Of a stretch of DNA of 35,255 bases, positions 1 to 9,203 are shown piece after piece. How positions within the stretch are numbered: the stretch's first letter is position 1; every line of letters starts with the position of its first letter. Source of the stretch: Nitrospinota bacterium (GTDB lineage: Bacteria > Nitrospinota > Nitrospinia > Nitrospinales > Nitrospinaceae); assembly GCA_027298165.1 (NCBI GenBank), contig JAPUGN010000002.1, positions 1 through 35,255 of the forward strand, in the 5' to 3' direction. The notes under the pieces were generated by a model, which was not told the origin of the DNA, searched no databases, and saw only the letters and a list, made by a program, of their open reading frames with translations. Position numbers and translations under genes: made by a program.

Positions 1-1850
1 GCGAGGTCCTTGCGTCGGATGAGATGCACACCACCCATGCCGACGTCAAACGAGCATCCCTTTATGCCCTGACCGGCGTGGCCCTGCTGTTCATTCTGTT
101 TTACCGGCGCGTCACCGAGCCGCTGTTGGCGGTGTTCACCCTGGTGGTGTCCATCTCGTGGGCGATGGGCTACACCACCTTGGCGGTCGGACATCTCAAC
201 ATCCTGTCCGTAGTGTTCACCACCATTTTGATCGGACTGGGCATCGATTTCGGAATCCACATCCTCTGCCGCTATCGAGAGGAGCGGCGCTCGGGTCAAG
301 ATGCCTGCCTGGCCATGCGCAACACTCTGCAACAGACCGGGCAGGGTAATCTGGCGGGGGCCGTCACCACTGCCATCGCGTTCGGGGCCATGGTGTTCAC
401 CGACTTCATCGGCATCGTTGAATTGGGGATCATCGCCGCCGGCGGCATCGGGCTGTGTTTCATCGGTATGGTGCTGTTATTGCCGGCTTTGATCAGCCTG
501 GAGGAGCGCTTTCGAAAACCGGTGTACACCCAGCCGGAGCGGGTAGAGAAACGCGACGCGTTATTTGAAAAACTGTACTCGCATTATTACTGGATTATCT
601 TTGTTTCGCTGGGACTGCTTCTCTGGTGCGGTGTTGTGTCCAAGGATTTGTATTTCGATTACAACCTGCTCAACATGCAGGCCAAGGGGACCGAGGCGGT
701 ACGTTATGAAATGAAGATTATCGAAAACGCCAAACGCGCCTCATGGAACGCCGCCCTGGTGGCGGACAGCCTCGAAGAGGCCCGTGACAAGTACCGGGTG
801 CTCAAAGCCATGCCCTCGGTCGGCAAAGTGGAAAGCCTGCTCTCGGCCCTGCCGGATAACCAGCCCGCTCGACTCCGGCAGGTGAAAACCCTCGCGCCGC
901 TAATCGATCCGCTGGCAGTGGCGCCGGCGGACGAGCCATTTTCCCTGCAGGCCGTCCGGGCGACGTTGAAAAATATCCGGTTCAAACTCCGTAAAAAAGA
1001 AAAGGAAGGAGAGCGGGATGATGTGTACCAAGCCTCGCGACAGGCCCGGCGGCTGGACGACGCCTTGCAGAGCGCCGATCCCGCAACCGCCGCGAATCGT
1101 TTGCAGGGGTTCTCGCGCACGCTGTTCGCCGACTACCGGAATAAAATCGCCGACCTCAAACAATCGGTTCATCCCACGCCCGTGAAAGAGGAGGAACTCC
1201 CGAAGGCCCTGAAAGATCGCTTCGTCAGCGCCGACGGCAAGTATCTGTTGCTGGTGTATCCGGGCATCAACATCTGGGAGCGGGAGGAGATGGAAAAATT
1301 TCTGGGCGAGATGCGGCGGATCGACCCTAACGTCACCGGCAATGCGGTGCACATGTTCGAATCGAGCCGCTTGATGATCGATGCCTACATCCGCGCCGGA
1401 TTGTACGCGCTGGCGGCTATTTTTCTGTACCTGATGCTGACGCTCCGCAATATCAAAACCACCGTGCTGGTCCTCCTGCCGACGCTGGCGGGAGCGGTGC
1501 TCACCTTCGGGCTTATGCGATGGACCGGCATTCAGTTCAACCTCGCCAATCTGGTGATTCTGCCGTTGATCCTCGGAATCGGCGTGGTCGACGGCGTGCA
1601 CATCCTGCATCGCCACCGCGAGAACCCGGAGGCCGGCAGGAATGTGATCTCGAGAAGCACCGGCCAGGCAGTAGTCCTCACCTCGCTGACCACCATGATC
1701 GGATTCGGCAGTCTGATGGTGGCGGATCATCAGGGCGTTTACAGCGTCGGCCTCGTGCTCACCCTGGGGGTCGGCAGCTGCATGATCATGTCCGTCACAC
1801 TCCTGCCCGCGCTGATCAAACTGTGCGATGCCCGCGGCTGGAAAATTTAA
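1..1850 (+). CDS. MMPL/RND-superfamily inner-membrane transporter (HpnN-like), 5'-truncated at window edge
   Basis: Reading frame 3 is open from the window edge through the first Met (24) to TAA at 1848-1850. The translation has two multi-helix hydrophobic bundles (GLGIDFGIHILCRYREER... and LILGIGVVDGVHILHRHRE...) separated by a ~230-aa soluble loop, which is the internally duplicated MMPL/RND layout. The HpnN-like label comes from family memory, not a search. Confidence 0.8.
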   Translation, partial: EVLASDEMHTTHADVKRASLYALTGVALLFILFYRRVTEPLLAVFTLVVSISWAMGYTTLAVGHLNILSVVFTTILIGLGIDFGIHILCRYREERRSGQDACLAMRNTLQQTGQGNLAGAVTTAIAFGAMVFTDFIGIVELGIIAAGGIGLCFIGMVLLLPALISLEERFRKPVYTQPERVEKRDALFEKLYSHYYWIIFVSLGLLLWCGVVSKDLYFDYNLLNMQAKGTEAVRYEMKIIENAKRASWNAALVADSLEEARDKYRVLKAMPSVGKVESLLSALPDNQPARLRQVKTLAPLIDPLAVAPADEPFSLQAVRATLKNIRFKLRKKEKEGERDDVYQASRQARRLDDALQSADPATAANRLQGFSRTLFADYRNKIADLKQSVHPTPVKEEELPKALKDRFVSADGKYLLLVYPGINIWEREEMEKFLGEMRRIDPNVTGNAVHMFESSRLMIDAYIRAGLYALAAIFLYLMLTLRNIKTTVLVLLPTLAGAVLTFGLMRWTGIQFNLANLVILPLILGIGVVDGVHILHRHRENPEAGRNVISRSTGQAVVLTSLTTMIGFGSLMVADHQGVYSVGLVLTLGVGSCMIMSVTLLPALIKLCDARGWKI

Positions 1851-1878
1851 CCGGCGTGACGCCCGGCGAAGCGCCGGG
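1851..1878. repeat. REP-like GC-rich palindromic element, copy A (inverted relative to 4405..4432)
   Basis: Sequence ccggcgtgacgcccggcgaagcgccggg. Its reverse complement matches 4405..4432 at 25 of 28 positions, with a 17-nt exact core (ttcgccgggcgtcacgc). It contains the hairpin gcccggcg-aag-cgccgggc (1861..1879) right after the transporter stop codon, so it may also act as a terminator-like structure, although no U-run follows. Confidence 0.55.
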
Positions 1879-1963
1879 CCAAACTTTGCTGGGGCGTTAA
1901 GGTACAATCAATAAGTTTCTTTCAACAGCCGAGGTTTTAAAGTTATCGGCGGAAGTACTCCGC

Positions 1964-2044
1964 TTGCGCACGAGGCCCACCGCTTGCCGTTAATCATCAG
2001 CAAGTAGCTTCTCCTGCTAAGGAGTTATCGGGGGCTGGCGGCGA
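1964..2044. repeat. 81-nt direct repeat, distal copy (fully intergenic)
   Basis: ttgcgcacgaggcccaccgcttgccgttaatcatcagcaagtagcttctcctgctaaggagttatcgggggctggcggcga is 78/81 identical to 2059..2139 in the same orientation. The period is 95 nt and the 14-nt spacer (aggctgtctttcaa) is unrelated. Confidence 0.9.
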
Positions 2045-2058
2045 AGGCTGTCTTTCAA

Positions 2059-2139
2059 TTGCGCACGAGGCCCATCGCTTGCCGTTAATCGTCAGCAAGT
2101 AGCTCCTCCTGCTAAGGAGTTATCGGGGGCTGGCGGCGA
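2059..2139. repeat. 81-nt direct repeat, proximal copy overlapping the last 20 nt (including the stop) of the aldolase/SDR CDS
   Basis: ttgcgcacgaggcccatcgcttgccgttaatcgtcagcaagtagctcctcctgctaaggagttatcgggggctggcggcga. Positions 2120..2139 encode ...IAASPR-stop of the minus-strand gene. The remaining 61 nt are its 3' flank and carry small hairpins (ctcct-gcta-aggag and cttgc-N12-gcaag). Confidence 0.9.
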
Positions 2140-4177
2140 TGTTGCCGCCGTCGACGGTGAACACGCTTCCGGTGGTTTTTTCCGACAGGGCCAAATGCAG
2201 AAACGCCGCCGCCACGTCGGTGTCCAGCACTTCTTTGCCCAACAGATTTTCCCGGAAGTAGGCGTCCGGATCCAGGCCGCGCGCCTGGGAGCGTTCGGCG
2301 ATGAACTCGTCGGGGAACATGCCGGTGCGGATGCGGTCGGCGTTGACGGCGTTGGAGCGGATGCCCTCCCTGCCGTAGTCCAGCGCGTATTGTTTGGTGA
2401 GCGCCACCACCGCCGCTTTCGGCAGGGCGTACCGACCGAAATCCTTGCCCGGGTTGAACGCCGCCTTGGAGGCGTTGTACAACAGCACCCCGCCGTTTTT
2501 CTGCGGAAGAAAAATATGCTCCGCGTGGGGAGCCACCGTCGGGTGCGCGAAAAAATTGAGATCGAAACTGCCGCGCAGGGTAGCGCTGTCCACCTCTCCG
2601 ATGCGACCCTGTACCGCGTTGCCGGCGTTAGAGATAAGAATGTCCACCCCGCCGTAGGTGCGCACCGCGTGGTCGAACGAGTCTGCCACCGCTTGGTCAT
2701 GGGTCAAGTCCACCTCACGCCAGGTGACGCCCGCCTTGCTGGTTTTTTGAAGGGCGGTCGCCGTTTCCTCGAGGGCCTCGCCGTTCAGGTCCACCAGGTA
2801 AACGTTGGCGCCTTGTTGGGCGAACAGGTGCGCGGTGGCGCGGCCGATGCCCGACGCCGCTCCGGTGATGTAGGCAACCTGTCCCTGCAAGGGCGGCGGC
2901 TGGGCTTTTCCCAGTTTCGCCTGCTCCAGTGACCAGTATTCCATGTCGAACAGGTCGGCGTCGTTCAGCGGCTGGTAGGCGTTGATGTCGAACGCGCTTT
3001 GAATGATTGCGATGGTGTGCTCGTAAAGGTCCGCCGCTATTTTCGTTTCCTTCACGGTTTTACCCATCGTCACCAGCCCCAGACCCGCGACCAATATCAC
3101 CCGGGGCAGGCGGTCCAACTCCTTCAGGTCGACGCCTTTTTTCCCCAGGTGGGTGACGAAGTAATTGTGATACACCTTGTCATAGCGTTCCAGCACTTCC
3201 GAAAGCTCAGAGCGCAGGCGTTCGGGATCGTCCAGATGTTTCGGATTCAGCAGGAGCGGTTTCTGTTTGGTGCGGATGACGTGGTCGGGTGTTGCGGTAC
3301 CGATCTGCGACCACTTTTTGCACTCCTTGCTGGAGGCGAACTCGCGCGCCGGCCCGCTTTCGCGGTGATGCGTCACCCACGAAACGCCGGAACGTTCCCG
3401 GTACAGGCCGCGCAGGACCGGTGCGATGGCTTTTAAAATTTCGGCATCGTTGGCCGGCCCGGAATCGTTGGCGGGGGTCAGCGGCTGGCGGGGATGGTTC
3501 CGGATAAAGGTCTCCGCCTGGGTGACGGCCTTGATATGGGCGTCGTAACTTGCCTTCGCCGTGTCGCCGAAGGTGAACAGACCGTGATTGATCAATACCA
3601 GTCCCACCACCTGCGGATTCTTTTCGTACGCCTCCGCCGCCGCTTTCGCCAGATCGAACCCCGGCATGATGTACGGCACCACGCCCAGCTCATCCCCGTA
3701 AATTTCCTTGCAGATTTTTTCCGCGTTGGGCTGGTTGGCGATTACCAGAATGGCGTCGGCGTGCGAATGGTCGACAAATTTTTGTGGCAAAAAGGCGTGC
3801 AGGAGCGTTTCGACCGAAGGATTGGGCGACGACGCGTCCAGCAGGTGGGTGCGCTGATCGTTCACCATCGCCTCGTCGGACAGCGAGGGGAGGGAACGCA
3901 GTTTCCTCAGGTAATCGAGTTGGACGCCCGGCAGGCCGGGAGGCTCCAGCGTGTCCAGGTCCCAGCCGCTGCCCTTGACGTACAAGACCTCGACCTCCTC
4001 GCCCAGCCGGTTTTTCGTGCGCGATTTGACCGAGGTGTTGCCGCCGCCGTGCAGGACCAGCGCGGGATCGGTCCCGATCAACCGCGACGTGTAGACCCGC
4101 AGGGCCACGTCCTCCGCAACATCGGCATACTGCTTGATGGCCGCCTCAGCGTCCTTGTCGTTCCAGCGATTCTCCAT
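2120..4177 (-). CDS. bifunctional class II aldolase/adducin-domain + short-chain dehydrogenase/reductase protein (YuxG/RhaD-like)
   Basis: 685-aa ORF. The N-terminal half has class II aldolase-type motifs (LVLHGGGNTSVK, FVDHSHADAIL). The C-terminal half is a classical SDR, with Rossmann motif ITGAASGIGRA and catalytic Y-x3-K in RYALPKAAV. The fused architecture is a well-known family. Confidence 0.85.
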   Translation of the reverse strand: MENRWNDKDAEAAIKQYADVAEDVALRVYTSRLIGTDPALVLHGGGNTSVKSRTKNRLGEEVEVLYVKGSGWDLDTLEPPGLPGVQLDYLRKLRSLPSLSDEAMVNDQRTHLLDASSPNPSVETLLHAFLPQKFVDHSHADAILVIANQPNAEKICKEIYGDELGVVPYIMPGFDLAKAAAEAYEKNPQVVGLVLINHGLFTFGDTAKASYDAHIKAVTQAETFIRNHPRQPLTPANDSGPANDAEILKAIAPVLRGLYRERSGVSWVTHHRESGPAREFASSKECKKWSQIGTATPDHVIRTKQKPLLLNPKHLDDPERLRSELSEVLERYDKVYHNYFVTHLGKKGVDLKELDRLPRVILVAGLGLVTMGKTVKETKIAADLYEHTIAIIQSAFDINAYQPLNDADLFDMEYWSLEQAKLGKAQPPPLQGQVAYITGAASGIGRATAHLFAQQGANVYLVDLNGEALEETATALQKTSKAGVTWREVDLTHDQAVADSFDHAVRTYGGVDILISNAGNAVQGRIGEVDSATLRGSFDLNFFAHPTVAPHAEHIFLPQKNGGVLLYNASKAAFNPGKDFGRYALPKAAVVALTKQYALDYGREGIRSNAVNADRIRTGMFPDEFIAERSQARGLDPDAYFRENLLGKEVLDTDVAAAFLHLALSEKTTGSVFTVDGGNIAASPR

Positions 4178-4272
4178 TTAAGAAAAGTAACAAATCTATG
4201 CCGGGGAATAAAGCAGATAAAATTTTTCCTCCTTGGTAAGGAGACCTTTGCATAACCGCAGACATTCAAACT

Positions 4273-4322
4273 CCTCCCCTTCAAAGGGGAGGCTGGGAGG
4301 GGTTGATGCCCCTTCCTTTTTT
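4273..4322 (+). terminator. twin GC-rich hairpins, the second followed by T6 (orphan intrinsic-terminator-like element upstream of purS)
   Basis: Hairpin 1 is cctcccct-tcaa-aggggagg (4273..4292, 8 bp). Hairpin 2 is gggagggg-ttgatg-ccccttcc (4295..4316, 8 bp with one G.U), followed by tttttt (4317..4322). No plus-strand gene ends upstream of it, so its role (attenuator, sRNA end or insulator) is unknown. Confidence 0.35.
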
Positions 4323-4404
4323 AAAGCAGGCCAAAACACAGATTCTTCGCGGAGTTTATCCTGAGCTTGCCGAAGGACTCAGGATGACAGGATAAAAAAT
4401 TATC

Positions 4405-4432
4405 CCCGGTGATTCGCCGGGCGTCACGCTGG
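4405..4432. repeat. REP-like GC-rich palindromic element, copy B
   Basis: cccggtgattcgccgggcgtcacgctgg matches the reverse complement of 1851..1878 at 25/28 positions. It keeps the same hairpin (cccggtg-att-cgccggg, with one G.U pair). Confidence 0.55.
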
Positions 4433-4564
4433 AATTGGGTGGGGTTCTATGATATGTTGACCATGAATGGCAAACATAACCTTTCGTCGGAGCCGTGGCG
4501 GTCACTGGGTTCTTCCGAAACCCGTTCCGGGCCGATTTTCTTGTCTCACTGATGCCTCAGCCAC

Positions 4565-4813
4565 ATGCTCGCTAAAATTCACGTTACCTTAAAGAATGGG
4601 GTGCTCGACTCCCAGGGCAAGGCGGTCCACCAGGCCCTCAACGATCTTGGCTATGCCGAGGTCGAGGATGTCCGCCTGGGCAAATATATGGAGGTCGCCC
4701 TCTCGGGAATCTCCGAGCAGGAAGCGCAGACCCGTGTCACGGAGATGTGCGAAAAACTGCTGGCCAACACCGTGATCGAATCCTACCGCTTTTCGCTGGA
4801 GCCCGCGGAATGA
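4565..4813 (+). CDS. purS: phosphoribosylformylglycinamidine synthase subunit PurS
   Basis: 82-aa ORF. The N-terminus [21 protein letters not shown] fits the PurS pattern (V.LK.GVLD.QG.AV). It lies directly upstream of purQ and purL. Confidence 0.9.
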   Translation: MLAKIHVTLKNGVLDSQGKAVHQALNDLGYAEVEDVRLGKYMEVALSGISEQEAQTRVTEMCEKLLANTVIESYRFSLEPAE

Positions 4814-4835
4814 CCGTTCGCCCCAGGAGGCAACC

Positions 4836-5534
4836 ATGAAGTGCGGTATTGTCGTTTTTCCGGGTTCCAACTGCGACCACGACTGCTACCACATCCTGAA
4901 ACACGTTCTCCAACTCGACACGCAATGGATCTGGCACAAGGATGAGACGCTGGACACGTTCGACTTTATCGTCCTGCCCGGCGGGTTTTCCTACGGCGAT
5001 TACCTGCGCCCCGGCGCCATCGCCCGCTTCTCCCCCATCATGAAATCGGTGATCGATTTCGCCAACCGGGGCGGCCGTGTGCTGGGCATCTGCAATGGCT
5101 TCCAGATCCTGGTGGAATCCGGCCTGCTCCCCGGCGTCTTGATGGACAACGAGGGTCAACGCTTCATCTGCAAAAACCTGACCCTCCGCGTGGACAACAA
5201 CAACACGCCGTTCACTTCCCAGTGCGCACCCGGTGCCGTGCTGAAAATTCCGATCAACCACGGCCAGGGCCGCTATTTCGCCGATGAGGAAACCCTGAAA
5301 CAGCTGGAAGGCAACGGACAAATTATCTTCCGCTACTGCGATGAAGAAGGAAAAACTCCGGAGACGGCTAATCCTAACGGCTCGATCGACCATATCGCTG
5401 GCGTCGCCAACGCAAATAAAAACGTGATGGGCATGATGCCGCATCCAGAACGCTGTGCCGATCCCCTGTGGCCGGAGGTGGACGGCCAGACCATTTTCAA
5501 CTCCCTCATTCAATCGAGTTTGGCGCATTCATGA
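4836..5534 (+). CDS. purQ: phosphoribosylformylglycinamidine synthase I, glutaminase subunit PurQ
   Basis: 232 aa, with AGGAGG 5 nt upstream of the ATG. Class I amidotransferase nucleophile context GICNGFQIL and C-terminal MPHPER. Sits between purS and purL. Confidence 0.95.
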   Translation: MKCGIVVFPGSNCDHDCYHILKHVLQLDTQWIWHKDETLDTFDFIVLPGGFSYGDYLRPGAIARFSPIMKSVIDFANRGGRVLGICNGFQILVESGLLPGVLMDNEGQRFICKNLTLRVDNNNTPFTSQCAPGAVLKIPINHGQGRYFADEETLKQLEGNGQIIFRYCDEEGKTPETANPNGSIDHIAGVANANKNVMGMMPHPERCADPLWPEVDGQTIFNSLIQSSLAHS

Positions 5535-7765
5535 CCGCTTCCATTCCCATCACGCCGGAGATCGTGGCCGAGCATGGCCTGTCGCCGGAGGAATACGCCC
5601 GTATTCAGAAGTTGCTGAAACGCGACCCGAACCTGGTCGAGCTGGGGATTTTTTCGGCGATGTGGAGCGAGCATTGCAGTTACAAGAGCTCGCGCCCGCA
5701 CCTCAAAACGCTTCCGACCGAGGGCCCGCGTGTGATCCAGGGTCCGGGCGAGAATGCCGGGGTGGTGGACATCGGCGACGGGCTGGCGGTGGTGTTCAAA
5801 ATCGAAAGCCACAACCACCCGTCGTTCATCGAGCCGCATCAGGGTGCGGCGACGGGGGTAGGCGGCATTATGCGCGACGTGTTCACCATGGGCGCGCGTC
5901 CGATTGCCCTGCTCGACTCGCTCCGCTTCGGCGATCCCGATCATGAAAAAACCCGCTACCTGTTGAACGGGGTGGTGAAAGGCATCGCCGACTATGGCAA
6001 CTGCGTCGGCGTGCCGACCGTCGGCGGCGATATTTATTTCGACGCCTGCTACAACGGCAACATCCTTGTCAACGTTTTCTGCCTGGGCCTCGCCAAAGCC
6101 GACCGGATATTTCTCGGCAATGCGTCGGGGATTGGCAACGCGTTGTTGTATGTCGGTTCCAAAACCGGACGCGACGGCATCCATGGCGCCAGCATGGCTT
6201 CGGCGGAATTCGACGACGCCACTGAAGAAAAACGCCCGACAGTTCAGGTCGGCGACCCGTTTACCGAAAAGTTATTATTGGAGGCCTGTCTCGAAATCAT
6301 GAAAGAGGATTGGGTGGTCGGCGTGCAGGACATGGGCGCGGCGGGATTGTCATCGTCCTCGTTTGAAATGGCGGAACGCGCCGGCATGGGCCTGGAGCTC
6401 GACCTCGACGCCGTTCCCCAGCGGGAAGCGGGCATGAACGCATATGAGTTGATGCTGTCCGAATCGCAGGAGCGCATGCTGTTCGTGGTGGAAAAGGGCC
6501 ATGAAGACGAGGCGCTGGCAATATTCAAAAAATGGGATCTGGACGTCGCAGTGATCGGACGCGTCACCGATGACGGCATTTACCGCGCCCGGGAAAACGG
6601 GGAAGAGGTGGTCACTCTGCCCATCGAAGCGGTGGTGACCGGGGCGCTCAAGTGTGACCGTCCGGTGCAAAAGCCGGCTTATCTGGCGGAGGTGGGGACA
6701 CTGGACCTGTCGTCCAAGGAAATCCCGGCGCGGGGTGGAGAGGTGTTGAAACAACTTTTGGCTTCGCCTACAATCGCCTCCAAGCAGTTTGTGTATGAGC
6801 AATATGACCACATGGTGCGGCTCAACACGCTGGTTCTGCCGGGGTCGGATGCGGCGGTGCTGAGGGTTCCGGAAACCGACAAAGCGCTTTCTCTGGCGGT
6901 GGATTGCAATCCGCGCTACGGCTATCTCGACCCGTATATCGGGGCACAGATCGCGGTGGCGGAAGCCTGCCGCAACGTGGTGTGCTCGGGGGCGGACCCG
7001 GTAGGCGTCACCAACTGTCTCAACTTTGGCAACCCCGAGAACCCGGAGATCATGTGGCAGTTCCAGGAAGCGGTGCGCGGGCTGGGCGATTTGTGCCGTT
7101 TCTTTGATATTCCGGTGGTCAGTGGCAATGTCAGTCTCTATAATGAGACCAAAGGCGAGGCTATTTATCCCACGCCGACTATTGCCGTGGTCGGTTTGAT
7201 GGAAGACCGTTCGCTCCACTGCACCCAGGGATTTAAGCAGGCAGGGCATCGCATCGGCTTGCTGGGGTCGACTTTGGAGGATCTGGGCGGCAGTGAATAT
7301 CAGAAACTATTCTGGAACGAGTTGCGCGGGCAACCGCCGGTGTTGGACCCGAAAACCGAACGGGCGGTACAGCGGCTGTGCCTGGACTTGATCCGTCAAC
7401 GGTTGATCCAATCGGCGCATGATTGTTCCGAAGGCGGCTTGGCGGTGGCTTTGGCCGAGTCCTGTTTCACCGGACCGAAGCCGCTGGGGGCGGACTTGGT
7501 ATTGAATAGCGGGATGCGTGCCGACGCTTTGCTGTTCGGGGAATCCCAGTCGCGCATCGTGATTTCATTTTCCGAAGACGCGTTGCCTTCGATCGAATCG
7601 CTGGCGCAAAAGGCGGGCGTTCCCTTTGCCGCCTTGGGAACTGCGGGAGGTTCGAAGTTTCAAATCAGAATCGACGGGAACGAATTCATCAACGAAGATA
7701 TCCTGGCACTTGAGGATATCTGGGAAAACTCTTTGAGCCGTTATGGAAACCGAGTGGCCGGTTAA
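5531..7765 (+). CDS. purL: phosphoribosylformylglycinamidine synthase II, PurL
   Basis: The ATG at 5531 overlaps the purQ stop (ATGA), which implies translational coupling. 744 aa starting [22 protein letters not shown], with [11 protein letters not shown] and duplicated AIR-synthase-like domains. The longer ORF from 5468 would overlap purQ by 67 nt, so I rejected it. Confidence 0.95.
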   Translation: MTASIPITPEIVAEHGLSPEEYARIQKLLKRDPNLVELGIFSAMWSEHCSYKSSRPHLKTLPTEGPRVIQGPGENAGVVDIGDGLAVVFKIESHNHPSFIEPHQGAATGVGGIMRDVFTMGARPIALLDSLRFGDPDHEKTRYLLNGVVKGIADYGNCVGVPTVGGDIYFDACYNGNILVNVFCLGLAKADRIFLGNASGIGNALLYVGSKTGRDGIHGASMASAEFDDATEEKRPTVQVGDPFTEKLLLEACLEIMKEDWVVGVQDMGAAGLSSSSFEMAERAGMGLELDLDAVPQREAGMNAYELMLSESQERMLFVVEKGHEDEALAIFKKWDLDVAVIGRVTDDGIYRARENGEEVVTLPIEAVVTGALKCDRPVQKPAYLAEVGTLDLSSKEIPARGGEVLKQLLASPTIASKQFVYEQYDHMVRLNTLVLPGSDAAVLRVPETDKALSLAVDCNPRYGYLDPYIGAQIAVAEACRNVVCSGADPVGVTNCLNFGNPENPEIMWQFQEAVRGLGDLCRFFDIPVVSGNVSLYNETKGEAIYPTPTIAVVGLMEDRSLHCTQGFKQAGHRIGLLGSTLEDLGGSEYQKLFWNELRGQPPVLDPKTERAVQRLCLDLIRQRLIQSAHDCSEGGLAVALAESCFTGPKPLGADLVLNSGMRADALLFGESQSRIVISFSEDALPSIESLAQKAGVPFAALGTAGGSKFQIRIDGNEFINEDILALEDIWENSLSRYGNRVAG

Positions 7766-9179
7766 CGATAAATTTCACGAGGAGTGTGGGGTGGTGGCGG
7801 TGTACGGCCATCCGGAGGCGGCCAATCTGGCGTATCTGGGATTGTACGCGCTCCAGCACCGGGGACAGGAGAGCGCCGGGATCACCTCTTGCGACAAGGA
7901 ACAGATGTACCGGGAAGTCGGCATGGGGCTGGTGGCGGATGTTTTCAGCACCAAGCGCATCAAGCGCCTGCCCGGCAAAATGGCACTGGCTCACAACCGT
8001 TATTCCACCGCTGGCGACAGCAAGATCATGAACGCCCAGCCCTGCCTGATCAATTACGCGAAGGGCTCGCTGGCCCTGGCGCACAACGGCAATCTCGTTA
8101 ACGCCGACACGATCCGTGAAGCCCTCGTCGAAGAAGGCTCGATTTTCCAATCCACCAACGACAGCGAAGTGATCGTTCACCTGATTGCGCATTCGCATTC
8201 CGAACCGTTTGTCGAGCGGGTGGTGGAGGCCCTGCTGGCGGTCAACGGGGCTTACTCGCTGGCGCTGATGACAGAGAATGAAATCGTCGCCGCGCGCGAT
8301 CCCTTCGGGTTTCGTCCGCTGTGCCTTGGCAAAGTGGACGGGGCGTATATTGTCGCGTCGGAATCCTGTGTCATGGATTTGGTCGAGGCGGAATTCATCC
8401 GCGAGATCGAACCCGGTGAAGTTCTGCTGATCAACGAAGACGGGTTGAGTTCTTTTTTCCCGTTCCGGCGGATGGAGGTCAAGCGGTGTATCTTTGAGCA
8501 TATCTATTTTGCGCGGCCGGACAGTTTCCTGTTCGGCGATCATGTCTACTCTGTGCGCAAACGGATGGGCGTGGCCTTGGCCAAACAGGCGCCGGTAGAG
8601 GCCGATCTGGTGGTTCCCGTTCCCGACTCGGGCAACATTTCCGCGCTCGGCTATTCCGAGGAGTCGGGAATTCCTTATGAAATGGGGCTGATCCGCAACC
8701 ATTACGTGGGACGGACGTTCATCGAACCCAAATCCCAGATCCGGCATTTCGGCGTGAAAGTAAAGCTGAACGCCGTCAAGCAAATCATCAAAGGAAAGCG
8801 GGTGGTCATTATCGACGATTCGATCGTTCGGGGCACCACCAGCCGCAAAATCGTCAAGATGTTGCGGGATGGGGGGGCCAAGGAAGTGCATGTCCGCATC
8901 AGTTCCCCGCCCACACTGTTCCCCTGTTATTACGGCATCGACACCCCGGACCGCGAAGAACTCATCGCCTCCAAGCATACGCTGGAGGAGACGTGCCGGT
9001 TCATCACCGCCGATTCTCTGGAATACCTCAACATCGAAAACATGATGGATACCATGGCGGAAGACAAGTCCACTTACTGCTCAGCCTGCTTCGATGGCAA
9101 TTACGTGGTGCCGGTGGACGGCAAAGGACCCCAGCCCATTCAGCTCAACCTGTTCGGAAGCGAAACCAAGGAAGTCTGA
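7743..9179 (+). CDS. purF: amidophosphoribosyltransferase PurF
   Basis: 478 aa. Short propeptide then Ntn nucleophile [12 protein letters not shown] loop [14 protein letters not shown], and Fe-S Cys ligands ([15 protein letters not shown]). Overlaps the purL end by 23 nt. Confidence 0.95.
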   Translation: METEWPVNDKFHEECGVVAVYGHPEAANLAYLGLYALQHRGQESAGITSCDKEQMYREVGMGLVADVFSTKRIKRLPGKMALAHNRYSTAGDSKIMNAQPCLINYAKGSLALAHNGNLVNADTIREALVEEGSIFQSTNDSEVIVHLIAHSHSEPFVERVVEALLAVNGAYSLALMTENEIVAARDPFGFRPLCLGKVDGAYIVASESCVMDLVEAEFIREIEPGEVLLINEDGLSSFFPFRRMEVKRCIFEHIYFARPDSFLFGDHVYSVRKRMGVALAKQAPVEADLVVPVPDSGNISALGYSEESGIPYEMGLIRNHYVGRTFIEPKSQIRHFGVKVKLNAVKQIIKGKRVVIIDDSIVRGTTSRKIVKMLRDGGAKEVHVRISSPPTLFPCYYGIDTPDREELIASKHTLEETCRFITADSLEYLNIENMMDTMAEDKSTYCSACFDGNYVVPVDGKGPQPIQLNLFGSETKEV

Positions 9180-9203
9180 ACGGTTGATCCCTGCCCTTGG
9201 AAA

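Noticed and set aside
1941-2139. The 81-nt repeats read as a CRISPR array or an integron attC site
   Set aside because: There are only two good copies (and perhaps a decayed third). The units are 81 nt with a 14-nt spacer, which is the wrong geometry for CRISPR. I could not identify the attC R''/R' core sites (RYYYAAC / GTTRRRY), and no integrase gene is nearby.
4454-4552. 32-codon plus-strand uORF (MLTMNGKHNLSSEPWRSLGSSETRSGPIFLSH) ending 13 nt before the purS start
   Set aside because: It has no convincing SD sequence, no codon pattern suggestive of an attenuation leader, and no recognisable peptide features. An ORF of this length is expected by chance.
4400-4564. Possible purine or ZTP (pfl) riboswitch in front of purS
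   Set aside because: I could not find the conserved cores I remember for either class, such as the purine three-way junction loops or the ZTP GGGUCGUG...CCGCCUGGGC elements. Only generic GC hairpins are present. An Infernal scan is needed to settle it.
7689-8978. 429-aa minus-strand ORF antisense to purF. Similar long antisense ORFs occur at 900..1907, 4737..5528, 6350..7249, 12774..13406, 14536..15687, 15932..17392, 18091..18900, 20868..21821 and 29717..30571.
   Set aside because: Each lies fully inside a gene on the other strand that has unmistakable family motifs. Their translations are Arg/Gly/Pro/His-rich with no recognisable motifs, which is typical of stop-codon-poor shadow frames in GC-rich DNA.
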